From Kiritimatiellia bacterium (lineage in GTDB: Bacteria > Verrucomicrobiota > Kiritimatiellia > RFP12 > UBA1067), in contig JAZQOS010000021.1 in NCBI GenBank assembly GCA_045627925.1, positions 75,469 through 139,468 of the forward strand: 64,000 nucleotides of DNA. The letters run 5' to 3'. The translations under genes and the position numbers were made by a program. Position 1 is the stretch's first letter. Every line of letters begins with the position of its first letter. Shown one piece after another: positions 57,001 through 64,000 of this stretch. Below the pieces are notes generated by a model. The model was not told the origin of the DNA and made no database searches. It saw only the letters and a list, made by a program, of their open reading frames with translations.

Positions 57001-57393
57001 TTTGGCAGTGACGAGTTTCGTTACCGTATCTATTGCTTCGACATATTCTGGCTTTTCGGGATTATCCGAAACTGGTATCGGCTTTTGAATAGGAAGTATC
57101 TTCACCTTCTCGGACAGGACTTCCCACTCAACTCCATCTCCAACTACAACTTCCTTGAAGTCATAGCCCGAAGGGATTGCGAAAGTGAGTGTCTTATAAG
57201 GAAGCATAGGTGCGCCAAGTGGTTCAATCGGCTGTAAAAGCCCCTCGGCGTTAATCATATACTTGCCTGGCCAAGCGGTACTTTCGACCAGTTCCGCCTT
57301 GACATTCGGCAAGGTGTATTCCGCAACCTTCTCTCCGGCGAAGGCGCTAAGGCCCAGCGCAATTACCGACAAGGCAAGAATTGTCTTTTTCAT
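48094..57393 (-). CDS. Giant secreted protein (3099 aa): signal peptide, C25 gingipain-like peptidase domain with His/Cys dyad retained, long beta-helix-like repeat region, two LamG/concanavalin-like domains; C-terminal tail RAPRIIVR
   Basis: ATG at 57393 with AGGAGAG RBS. Signal peptide MKKTILALSVIALGLSAFAG. NGHGWAGG (His), GISCETGF (Cys) and LYGDPLIKI are C25-like. LamG-like YALTYHKGVYTFYVDGKKIG and WTLYVDGVKAGE. Noticeably more AT-rich than its paralogue at 57906 onward. Confidence 0.8.
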   Translation of the reverse strand: MKKTILALSVIALGLSAFAGEKVAEYTLPNVKAELVESTAWPGKYMINAEGLLQPIEPLGAPMLPYKTLTFAIPSGYDFKEVVVGDGVEWEVLSEKVKILPIQKPIPVSDNPEKPEYVEAIDTVTKLVTAKVEKITALDVVIVGVTPFRYENERLEKAKNLKLSVVFTEKPRLMSTLSVSPSASTSSPSTSTPLAHPDYIAATLSTLVNPEDAAPKAEQLMAAAQGTAVDYLMISPPDLYDTWSWYIGERKKNHPTLTFDIINTIDAYNAYPFNGWNGETSTTYANPAESLHAYLTQYSKSHALKYVVLGGSWYDVTADNSEAHYLQDGTEITLNNAVPSICMECHGARAPTDLFYACVTRGADNKGHPWDYNGDGRYMTRILDANGKIIDHESEHCNLRPDFAVSRMTMKPVMVNGVTMNQHEIITNFVKKVNRAEDPKFRGNFKMGLTSSPLNYTPRDMTDPRLVLRDEREFFDNVPNMYDPVHGFGFRDDGPLTRRHAKEIMAPRHPIIDAMGFHEPDIVSHNSTKSSFYNDFYNYDKETGSNNGHGWAGGSSMFNSTMFLTQPGLTKINVVGISCETGFPDLYGRNNGKLVLNLCLGEAGLANITETGGFIASMNNTRVGLSYFETEELNGKGLSNRMHYHMCDNVAQGYCAGEAWLNSVRTYLSNGNSNLPVGQKNINEGGLYCMMIEMLYGDPLIKISDKFDYTWAGGSDGTWDMTSQNWTKNGSASTFYHANNINFNVSGGATITMVPNTIEEELGKTELPYGGMTMNVTQNAGSTFELKGTSSLRLMKDLNVSSGTLKIGVSGGVGLGKINFTNTGNLVLNNNNEGQKYYFINGVSNARSIAFQGGGAILDLGGIDNTLQTLSFEGQSPIVSSNNVLRTNQQKIKGELVRFLPLTLKNIALTLETYEAFDGYEGDTLATLNNSVLTFRQNRWRGAKDSSGNNYSERVSEKKLVMTNSTLAVDATEDFYLDKATLEMSGNCRFLTTNGGRFNLIGTTTIYLNEGAVCRLDADFNAGSDDKLVFTGLGRVIVGNADGLDGTIRIGEGVTMEMEKLPLSNLERLEFASGTTIVLPYEEGNFYQVVPIASAMVVEGEFAVKVKAQDEGEIIAEYTQTGTIFQSGTLLEWVSEDEVWTSEKTFKPWRKNGKEAAFDPTERVYFPDIAGSVATVQLATSIVSPFTCFANSTTKYTFKRAQTAVDATLTFDSLVIGGWTHFELPLIFNTRLYVSGGDAEGTEIISPIVEVAAGGIFEATTLRGDGDNWTEITINEGGKLTLQGSHKMNLVLNKGAYLKAENEKYLEWNSTTSIVWPEDGSKVKIDVSDFTPSATPQVIIGGTGHHWNMQDLRKLEVEGDTCSLAVQDGALCLVKRDDIASPYTMTVNSANLNWDDAAWSGNGTAFTKKWSESYLDWTADGVITVAVNNATLTLDKPARFNTLKFVPADDTVKSFTFTIAEGGELKVGELHLEGFENVTLNNVEIEEGILYSATETNIKGPSSGVLVSGGNDSVYIYEPSEKWALGEGAQGALYIAITENVKASRQKVLTIDEDSLWPIGGLDAQAFQPIEGGRTEGFFLSREGTFVYLVPPEIHATVPAGETDWTQLSWRAYDESEVEIENWNDVYAARLEAATDGATVIVGACPTTKLTIGPVSGLATEKLILKANDGVSVKLPSEFTMNGPATIQGDILPVFDYVTGSGVLSLDTGANTTITLNSNVSPVETGHVEVKLGSRLVIHHTQYFSSTTANWSGLTGDGEVEIVQDGNFRFMVPVKAKMFASTLSLVLHTELEMQLDHRTNPMEVSNLSGAGMIGIGNINANNIISIVGNDFSRVTAMAGLRALRTIQSRASEWNGALCPAFKLLGATIGVKLVVAGSESTPSVNRRLIYSGTSSSASGAHSDSSQPLDIETSGCLELNGYWNGDINNSGLLIMGRNARVNSSENLKGNGYITTNGDVIDLTTYSDVASKYKLYSGTTGSIRFNVSAFDAKTEIIPVQSGFMLGEEPLTMVAVAPNGDRRWKAVTMDDIENGKLVWKTEGADAQPLVFDLEAGSSNFTTLVGDAYLGGVSAITFNGNASGDSSVVITDQFRQFTGSLIITGGVTLSGLAPSIATLASNPVGKLIFALGDVSVGCDLIQIADGFTYEADKFLVEVVGPNGETNPMGVWTQSGNKLIYKIANLNDVTTGLKFDQHVNSWGSHGITNLGSLNLDAYTKTRNGYGVKAEKANNNANDERRFYIGPNDWTFAWCARLGTNQNAMHFSLGDNSAGLALTTVDANHAAISRWGGGNSFTYLIQGDVMAATARFYSYALTYHKGVYTFYVDGKKIGEATELTGAQPLPDLVKWQFFSVCGGGVGSKSVDGILDDVRAYDYALPPAAIQALADEFPAWPDAIEVKDNEVVERNVNSFGTEELGNDIYLSGDGTLRLVGIGEARLCLIKDAAKLVISDGVTVRVGMSNNNPAPLNGHEVIVEHGGRLVFEHADNVTALEECDLSNITGEGTVEFFSTASGNYIYPPTNSFASTLSFCNNSTIFIGPSYNTAQTPFKITNLSGSGVFRYDTTNSGNRWIEVTQTEYTLFTGSFPRASGNQPGHFTLTVTSLEETANHKQSLMLAISNANGLVEVVVDEKGCVGFDRSNAVGGEYGAEIVDNGLVVFAPPSNQSIYLSSFSFKSPSTSKVALNGNGTLVIKLNSSFTLDSNPVGIIDASGTEGATGVLKLIHVVDDFEFSKATFRVAGALLDKELAVSDGWLCAAANASVGGTAWSTESGEWTASGFNNGTGTTSGNAVSFEDAVSTTSGGLVNAVTVTVNEDVACSQMNFNSTLSSYTFTGSGSIDCATISLAAGVAPITLSGVTLAQDTIELIVPTSIAVGTRLITWSTPYEKTFTSASLNAAGLTLEKRDDGLYVVEQPVDLDTIFYQFSTETPNYDATKLATSPSSMTIACSLKTANAKEELWAENLAWGATKVKVGLMTGDTANKIKFFISGNGATSYYPSEGVTVPFANKQTHTYIITFDSLSGSYGKWTLYVDGVKAGESGEKELAFLFNNTACSYTHAQTSNEKVYLQDGRLYSRVLNTSEIKAYTELFPKTPVIHRAPRIIVR

Positions 57394-57445
57394 AGTCTCT
57401 CCTATAAAGCAACACGAATGCTATGCGTCTTCCACAAGCATATGA

Positions 57446-57456
57446 GTATTATACCA
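57446..57456 (-). promoter_or_regulatory. Extended -10 (TGGTATAATAC) ~45 nt upstream of the 3099-aa gene start
   Basis: Reverse complement GAAAAGTGGTATAATACTCATATG. Confidence 0.45.
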
Positions 57457-57633
57457 CTTTTCGCCGTCTCGTGGCCAAAATTTCCCACTACGCCTTTGCC
57501 GGGGACACCCTACTTTTTGCCTAACGGAAGTTTCTGGTGGTAGTAACGCCTTTTTCTGGTGTACCAAATTGACCAAAAAGTGATAGGTACGACTTTTCGC
57601 CTAAACAAACGTCCGCCCGAGCAGTCGGCCATG

Positions 57634-57779
57634 TCCATATATGGAGACATCAATCTCCAAGCATGGACCCCCTCCATGTCCATGTATGGACACGGCGATC
57701 TCCATGTATGGACACCTACCATGTCCTAGTATGGAGATTGCGATCTCCATACTAGGAGATTGACCTGTCCATATATGGA
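57634..57779. repeat. Array of seven tandem 22-23-bp repeats with core TCCAT-NN-ATGGA (copy 2), in inverted orientation relative to copy 1; lies between the two giant paralogues
   Basis: Cores at 57634, 57656, 57679, 57701, 57724, 57746 and 57768. Flanks (CAAACGTCCGCCC...GCAGTCGG) are the reverse complement of the copy-1 flanks (CCGACTGC...GGGCGGACGTTTG). Confidence 0.85.
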
Positions 57780-57905
57780 CATTTGCCCTTTCCAGAGGCG
57801 ATTCAAGTCGTCCGCCACGAGTGTGCGACATCGAAAGCACGGTCACGTTGAAGCTCGTCAAGGCTGACGGCACTTCCGCCGAGCGTCGCGTACCCCTCCA
57901 ACTTT

Positions 57906-60900
57906 TTATCGCACTAAAATCGTTATTGGCTTGGAGAGCTGTATACGCACCTTCAAGTATCCGTCTTCCGGAAGTAGACCAATCTTCTTGTCTGTATTGG
58001 GCACACTGACATGGAACAAGGTCTGAGAGTAGGTGAAATTGGCCGGAATCATGATCACGGACTGCGCCACACTGCTCAACATCAAGCCATTGATCTGCAA
58101 AGTGCCCATTGGATTGGACTTAAGCTCAAAGCCCTGCGTTCCGGCCGCTACACTAAGAACTCCGCCGCCCGAAAGCGCGATCTTGTTCGGCGACTCGCTT
58201 CCGCCAAAAACAAGGTCATTTAGATTGATCGTCGTTTCCGCATCCGGCTCGAAGACGACAAGCCCCTCATTGACAATCGTCGCCTGTTTTAGATTGGCGG
58301 CGTCGGCAATCGCCAAAACGCCGTTCGCCGCCGTTCGAATCTCCACATTTTGCGGCAAGGCGGCGCTGGGATTCAAGACGAGCGCCGCGCTACCGTCGAG
58401 CTCGTCGCCATTGCCGACGATCCGCACCCTCGCCTGAGCCGGGAAGCTTCCCGCAAAGACGCTGCGCTTACTTTGAACGATATTCACGAACGCCGCGCCC
58501 GAACCCGAGAAAGTGAAAGTTCCCGCTCCGCTCAAGTTATTAACGACGAGCGGGGCGCTTTCCGTGTATCCGTTATCCAGCACCACCTTGGTGTTTACGC
58601 AAAGCGACAACGCGGAAACGGACGAGCCGACCTTAAGCGAATACTTGAGATTGTCGGACTTAAGCTCCAACGTGCCCGCGCCGGTAATGTTCGAAAGATC
58701 CACCCCTCTCAGCGACTGATCGTCCGCCGTCATATCGCTCGTCTGCCGCAAAATCAAACGCGCGTTCTCGCCGACGACCACCGAATGGCCCGCGAGCGGC
58801 GCGCGATTGTCCGCCGACATGTCGACCGTAAGCTCGAGGTCGTCCTCGAGAATAATCGTCGCGTCTCCGGCAATGCCCGATATTTTCGCGATATTCGGCT
58901 CGCCCTTGCGATGAGTGAGATGGATAATCCCGCTGCCTTCAACGAGCAAATTCACATACGCATCGTTCACATCCACCCAAATCTCTTTGCCCTCGGCATT
59001 AATCGCATCCGGCCAAGGCGGAAATTCGGCGGCAATCGCCCGAATGGTATTTTCCGACAAGGCGACATTGTAAAGCCGCCAATCATCAATCGCCCCGTTT
59101 GACCCAGACGCAGTATTACCAACATTACCACCATGAACAGTAAAGAACTGCCAATTGACCTTTGCAGGATATGCGGGCGCATTTTCGACATCCATAGATT
59201 CACCCACTTTTACGCCATTGATATAGAAAGTGTATAGTCCCTTACGATAGGTAAGTGCATACGCATTAAACCGCGTCGTAGCGAGACGAACCTCTCCCTC
59301 AATGAGACGAGTCGCTCTCCCACCATTAATCCATCGTGAAATCGCTGCGTGGTTAGCATCTACCGTTGTCAGCGAAAATCCACCACTATTCTTCTGATTA
59401 TCTCCAAGCGTAAAGTGAAGTCCATTCTCCGTTGGCGAAAGCCGTGCGCTCCACGTAACCGACCAATCATTCCCGCCAATTTCAAAATCCCCTCCCCAAG
59501 GATTATGATCGGTAATTGCATTGCCGTCGCGCGACTCGACGAACTTGTCCTCGGTCGGCGTTCCGAGATTGGTGGAATTCGTGCCCCAGCCCGCCAAGTT
59601 TTTATCAAACTTAAAGCCGCGCGGCATATGATTATTCTTGGTCGGATCCACAATAACATACTTCAGCTCGCCGTCTTGCGTCGTCCAAGTCCAGTATGCG
59701 TCCGTGGGCTCTCCGTCCGCGCCAACCACTTCCACCGTGAAGTTCTCCGGATCGTAGGTAAAGCCCGCGCCGAGTTTCATCAATACCTGCTCTTGGTTCT
59801 TCATGACCTCGTCCACGACAAAGACGAGCTTGCCCGTGGGATTGGCGCCCAAAGTCGATTTAAGCGGCGAAACGCACTTTACCGTCGCATTATTAAGAAC
59901 TAATGTTCCGCCGAAAAGACCGATTTGCGAGGTTGCGTCGAGATAGGACGTTCCGTCGGCATTGCCGTTGATGATAAGTTGCGGCGCGCCACCCAAGAAC
60001 CGTCCGCCGATAAGCGCGTTAAAGTCGTTGTCATTCCCCGATTTGAGATCGAAGGTAATTGCGTCTGCGTCCTGCCCTGCGTCCGCAAGCCAAACAAGCT
60101 TTCCGTCTTGGATATTCTCGCTCGTAACCGTCTGCCATTTGCAATCGTCACCATTTTTGGCGGCGAGGATGAGGTCGTGGCCAGTTGGAAGCGCAAAGCC
60201 CTCCTCGACGCGCATAATCTCCGTGTTCTCGTCAAACGAAGATATGTTAAAGTCAATTTCGCCATACGTTCCCGACGCGAGCGAGTACTGAGTGCCCAAA
60301 ACGGGATTCGCGATAAGATCAATCTTCTCGCCCATAACCGCGACTCTGCCCGACCCCTGGAAAGAAGTGTTGCCTCTAATATCCCGATGCCGCCCGAGAA
60401 TCAAAATACCGTTATTAATGATATTCCCGTTCCAGTAGCCGTTAAGTTCCAGACATCCCGTACTTTCAATTTCAATGTCGTGATCGCATCCTCGATTATT
60501 GACCACCGCTTCATTCAGCGAAACACCCGAATAGATCAGGCGATGATCAAACGACGCAGAATCGACACCCGTCACCACGATTTTGAGATCGGCCGCATCC
60601 GTCCCGTAATTTCTAAATCCCATCCACTTCGGCAAAACGCCGGACCATTCCGTCGCTTTGGTCTGACAAGTCCGCAAAGTGCGAAGCGCATAATTACTCT
60701 TATCGGCCGCGTTATTATTCCCGAAATCAAAGGTCCCCGAACCCGAGAAGTTATGGACATTTATCGTCGCGTCCTTGTGAGCGTCTTGAAGCTCGAGAAT
60801 CGTATTAAGCGCAAGCGAAAGCTCCGAGCTAAAGGTCTTCGCCGGCGCTGGCATAACGAAGTGGCGCGAAGAGCCCGTAATGTCTTTAATCTCCAAAGTC

Positions 60901-63900
60901 CCTGCGCCCGTAAACCCGCTGAGATTCGTCGTCTTGCTCGTGAAGTTGACGCTTTGGGCAAGCCGCAAAGTCGAATTCGCCTTAATTTCAACCGCTACGC
61001 TCTCGTCAATCGGAAACACATTGCTCGTAATCGGAAGCTCCGTAATGTCTCCCGTATCCAAGACGAGCTTGCCCGCGCCATGAACATAGTCAAGCGTCGG
61101 CAACATCGCCCCTTGAACCGTAAGCTCGCCGGCAAGTTCCAACTTGCGCGGAAGTTGAATGGCGTTATTCGCCTTCAAGACGAGCTTGCTGCCTTCGCCC
61201 ACCATCAATCTCTCCGTCGGCGCCGCGTCCATTACGACCACCGCCTCGTCGCTATCGGAAATAATCTTCGCCCAATAGACTTCGTTCCAATCGAAAATCG
61301 TTACTGCAGAGCCGTTAAACGCAACCCAAGTAAGTTCCGACCAATTCGTCTCGCCCGCCGGAGCGTGCGCGGTCGGCGGCGGCGGAACGAGATATATCCA
61401 CTCGCCTCCGCCCGTAATTTCACAATCGTCAATCACCTCGCCGGTAGTGGGATCAATCGGCACGATCGTGACTTTCGAAAGCGGCCAAGTAGCGCCGCCC
61501 GCAATCTGAATGATCTTTTTCCGTTCTGGCGGCAAGTTTCCGGAGACCCCGAAATAAATCGTCCCCTGGAAGCCCGCATCAAGTTTAAATATCTCGTCCG
61601 GGTCGTAAATGTAAACGCTGCTGTTGCTCGTAGCTCCCAACACCCCGGACCACTTGCCGCGAATGCGCGTATCGGTCGCCGCATAAAGAACGCCGTTGCC
61701 AAGCTCAAGGTTGGTAATCTCCGCTTTGGCAAACGCATCAAAATGGACTTCTCTCGCCATAAGCGAACCGGTATCGCTCAAAACCAACTTCACCCCGGCG
61801 TCTTGCAAGGACGTTTTAAAGGTAAGCGTATCAAAGCTCGCGCCTACCCCGAGGTCCAACTCGGCGTTATCTTGCGCCACGGTAATTTCGCCCGTGGCAA
61901 GCCAATTCGGATAGCTCTCGCTCCACTTCTTCGCAAACTTCGTTCCATTGGCATACCAGTTGCCCGTATCCCAATCGGTCGTCACGCTCGTCAACTCCAA
62001 GGTAAACGGCGAATCGTAGGTATCGCACCGTACGAGGCAAACATCGCCATCCACAACCGCCAGCGAAATCGTATGCTCCGACGGTTCAAGGTGCGAAATC
62101 CAGTCCATATCCGCACCGATGCCTTGGATAATCACGACGGGCTCGTTCGTCGCCTCCCACTCGCTCACATCGACGATGACCTTGCCGCTGGGCCAGTTGA
62201 TATTAATCGTATCGCTCCACACGAGCGGATTCTCCGCGTCCGGCTTTAACTTCGCGCCCGTTCGAAGCGTAAGATTCATGGAGTGATTCTCGCCCGTCAG
62301 CACCAAGGTGCCGCCCTTTTCAACGTTCACTGCGGTCGGCGTCGTAGTGGTAGTCCCAATCGTGCCCGCCGCCAAAACGCCGTCCTTGTCGACTTCAATA
62401 AGCGGCGTCGTTACTTCCGTTCCCGTAAAGCGTCCGCCTGCGGAAACGTAAAGCCGCGTCCCGTAAATGGTCGGCAAACTGAACCGCGCTACCGCGCCAA
62501 TCACGAGCGAGTCGAAGGTGATGGTCGCGTCCTGCGCCGATTCCATCGACGAGCGATTGAAGGTATAGGCGGTTGCCTTGTTGGCAAAGCAGGTAAAGGG
62601 ACTTTCAATCTTCTCGGCGACGCTTACCGTCGCCTCTCCAATCAAGTTGCCCGACGAATCCTTCACATCGGGGAAGTAAGCGCGCTCGCTCATGTTAAAC
62701 GCAGTTCTCACCCCATTCTTAATCCACGGCTTCGCACTCTGATCTCGCGACCAGACGCCTTCCGCGTCCACCCACTCCAATAATGTGCCCGACTCGAAAA
62801 TACTACCCGTTTGCGTAAGCTCCGCGGAAATTAAAGTCTCTTCGTCACCGCTTTTGGAATAAACCTTTACATCGGCACCCTCCGCAACCTTCAACGCGCT
62901 CGACAAAGGAAGGATCTGGTAGAAATTACCCTTTTCATGCGGGAGAACGACCTTCGTATTCGTCACCAAGGTAAGTTCCGTAACGTCCGTAAGCGGAAGC
63001 TCGCCAAGCTCCAGCGTCACGCCATTATCAACATAAACTCGCCCCGCCAATCCCTTCGGGTTGGCGATGATCGCCCGACCGTTGCCTTTGATCCAAAACG
63101 ATCCATTCTCCGAAAGATCGAACTCGGCGTCGATAGTTACCGTCGCATTGTCCTTAAGCTCAATTGCGGTTGTGCCGAAGAGCCTAAACGCGCCGCCATT
63201 GGTAGTTTCAATGGACGAATTGCCTGTAACTTCAATCGTTGGCGTGGTTAAATACACACTGCACGGATAATCCACGGCAAGGGTCGAGTCGTTAAGATAA
63301 AGTTTGCCCTTTACTCTTTCGTAATCTAGATCGGCAAGCCCTCGCCAACGATTGATGCGGTATTTAAGAATGGAGTTATTAAGCATCATAAAATCAGTGC
63401 CACTGTATCCATTAAACGCATCGTAGGTCTCTAAAGTAAGCGCAGAATTGGTAAGGGTAAGTGGCATAAAGTCCTTGAGCGCACCCTTCGCCTTGGAGGT
63501 GTTCGCGCGAATGACGTTCGCGGGCGCCGTGCGCGGGTCGAAACCCTCGGGTCCTTGGAAGGTAAGCTTGCTCGCGTCAAGTTGGTCGGTATTCAAAATG
63601 GCGCCCGCACCCGCAAAAACAATCTCCGAGGCGTTCTTAATCCCGTTTACGAAGAAGTTCGCGTCCGCGCTAAGGTCGTTGAAAATAACCTTGCCCGGAT
63701 TGGTGAATTTAAGATAATTCTCGCGCTTCGCGGTATTCGCCTCGCTATTTTCATCGTAAGTGACTACGCCGCCAATACCGCCCGAAATTCCGATTTCCAA
63801 GTTGCCGCCCGAAACCGTCACCCCGCGCATTACCTTAAGTCCGCCATCGCCCGTGAACTTAAAGGTGTCGCCCGCGTTCTGGTTGATTACGAGCGACATC

Positions 63901-64000
63901 GCCCCGTAGGGAACGTCCTCGTCATACTTGTCGACGTTAACGGTTGCGGCCGCATTAAAGGTAACCGCATCCGCATCATTGTAAGTCCAATCCCCGCTCG
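57906..64000 (-). CDS. Giant secreted protein, N-terminus beyond the window (over 2030 aa); paralogue of the 3099-aa protein (beta-helix repeats, LamG domains); C-terminal tail KPITILVR
   Basis: The frame stays open from 63899 to the window end (SGDWTYNDADAVTFNAAATVNVDKYDEDVPYGAMSLV...) and aligns with residues ~750-3099 of the 3099-aa protein. Confidence 0.75.
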   Translation of the reverse strand, partial: SGDWTYNDADAVTFNAAATVNVDKYDEDVPYGAMSLVINQNAGDTFKFTGDGGLKVMRGVTVSGGNLEIGISGGIGGVVTYDENSEANTAKRENYLKFTNPGKVIFNDLSADANFFVNGIKNASEIVFAGAGAILNTDQLDASKLTFQGPEGFDPRTAPANVIRANTSKAKGALKDFMPLTLTNSALTLETYDAFNGYSGTDFMMLNNSILKYRINRWRGLADLDYERVKGKLYLNDSTLAVDYPCSVYLTTPTIEVTGNSSIETTNGGAFRLFGTTAIELKDNATVTIDAEFDLSENGSFWIKGNGRAIIANPKGLAGRVYVDNGVTLELGELPLTDVTELTLVTNTKVVLPHEKGNFYQILPLSSALKVAEGADVKVYSKSGDEETLISAELTQTGSIFESGTLLEWVDAEGVWSRDQSAKPWIKNGVRTAFNMSERAYFPDVKDSSGNLIGEATVSVAEKIESPFTCFANKATAYTFNRSSMESAQDATITFDSLVIGAVARFSLPTIYGTRLYVSAGGRFTGTEVTTPLIEVDKDGVLAAGTIGTTTTTPTAVNVEKGGTLVLTGENHSMNLTLRTGAKLKPDAENPLVWSDTININWPSGKVIVDVSEWEATNEPVVIIQGIGADMDWISHLEPSEHTISLAVVDGDVCLVRCDTYDSPFTLELTSVTTDWDTGNWYANGTKFAKKWSESYPNWLATGEITVAQDNAELDLGVGASFDTLTFKTSLQDAGVKLVLSDTGSLMAREVHFDAFAKAEITNLELGNGVLYAATDTRIRGKWSGVLGATSNSSVYIYDPDEIFKLDAGFQGTIYFGVSGNLPPERKKIIQIAGGATWPLSKVTIVPIDPTTGEVIDDCEITGGGEWIYLVPPPPTAHAPAGETNWSELTWVAFNGSAVTIFDWNEVYWAKIISDSDEAVVVMDAAPTERLMVGEGSKLVLKANNAIQLPRKLELAGELTVQGAMLPTLDYVHGAGKLVLDTGDITELPITSNVFPIDESVAVEIKANSTLRLAQSVNFTSKTTNLSGFTGAGTLEIKDITGSSRHFVMPAPAKTFSSELSLALNTILELQDAHKDATINVHNFSGSGTFDFGNNNAADKSNYALRTLRTCQTKATEWSGVLPKWMGFRNYGTDAADLKIVVTGVDSASFDHRLIYSGVSLNEAVVNNRGCDHDIEIESTGCLELNGYWNGNIINNGILILGRHRDIRGNTSFQGSGRVAVMGEKIDLIANPVLGTQYSLASGTYGEIDFNISSFDENTEIMRVEEGFALPTGHDLILAAKNGDDCKWQTVTSENIQDGKLVWLADAGQDADAITFDLKSGNDNDFNALIGGRFLGGAPQLIINGNADGTSYLDATSQIGLFGGTLVLNNATVKCVSPLKSTLGANPTGKLVFVVDEVMKNQEQVLMKLGAGFTYDPENFTVEVVGADGEPTDAYWTWTTQDGELKYVIVDPTKNNHMPRGFKFDKNLAGWGTNSTNLGTPTEDKFVESRDGNAITDHNPWGGDFEIGGNDWSVTWSARLSPTENGLHFTLGDNQKNSGGFSLTTVDANHAAISRWINGGRATRLIEGEVRLATTRFNAYALTYRKGLYTFYINGVKVGESMDVENAPAYPAKVNWQFFTVHGGNVGNTASGSNGAIDDWRLYNVALSENTIRAIAAEFPPWPDAINAEGKEIWVDVNDAYVNLLVEGSGIIHLTHRKGEPNIAKISGIAGDATIILEDDLELTVDMSADNRAPLAGHSVVVGENARLILRQTSDMTADDQSLRGVDLSNITGAGTLELKSDNLKYSLKVGSSVSALSLCVNTKVVLDNGYTESAPLVVNNLSGAGTFTFSGSGAAFVNIVQSKRSVFAGSFPAQARVRIVGNGDELDGSAALVLNPSAALPQNVEIRTAANGVLAIADAANLKQATIVNEGLVVFEPDAETTINLNDLVFGGSESPNKIALSGGGVLSVAAGTQGFELKSNPMGTLQINGLMLSSVAQSVIMIPANFTYSQTLFHVSVPNTDKKIGLLPEDGYLKVRIQLSKPITILVR

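Noticed and set aside
58350-62249. Plus-strand ORFs 58350..59102, 59349..59903 and 59925..62249 (774 aa)
   Set aside because: These are antisense shadows inside the partial giant gene 57906..64000: R/L/V-rich, with no recognisable domains.

Overview
This 64-kb window comes from a moderately GC-rich bacterium and reads almost entirely on the minus strand. It has three parts.

- **Positions 1-17.2 kb:** a tightly packed three-gene operon of giant secreted proteins. The proteins are built from Cthe_2159-like beta-helix modules, CotH (atypical kinase)-like modules and a LamG-like module.
- **Positions 17.5-41.3 kb:** a conserved housekeeping block. It holds tRNA-Gln/Asp, an SDR oxidoreductase, a DUF4143 ATPase, a Mur ligase, queF, rsmD, a LysM protein, yajC, tgt, two RluA-family genes, parC/parE-like topoisomerase genes, an RND efflux pair, a PHP phosphatase, rplL-rplJ-rplA-rplK-nusG-secE, tRNA-Trp, rpmG, tuf and tRNA-Thr. 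rpoBC is absent after rplL.
- **Positions 41.3-57.4 kb:** a visibly more AT-rich accessory segment. It holds a second DUF4143 ATPase, a 469-aa C25 (gingipain-like) peptidase homologue, an overlapping gene pair (EcoRI-methylase-like adenine MTase + DUF262/ParB-like-HNH nuclease), a 1.2-kb repeat-dense non-coding region and a 3099-aa giant protein (signal peptide, C25 peptidase, beta-helix, two LamG domains). A paralogous giant gene (over 2030 aa) runs off the right edge of the window.

The most unusual signals are these:
- Two inverted-orientation copies of an array of seven 22-23-bp tandem repeats with the palindromic core TCCATNNATGGA. Each sits just upstream of the -10 box of a giant-protein gene.
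- A conserved C-terminal tail ('AP-x-I-x-[ILV]-V-[RK]'-COOH) shared by four secreted proteins of different domain architecture.
- An iteron/palindrome/AT-tract region that looks like a replication or transfer origin.
- A recurring extended -10 box (TGnTATAAT) placed only 7-12 nt from the start codon, implying leaderless mRNAs.

All domain calls come from motif recognition by eye; no database search was run.
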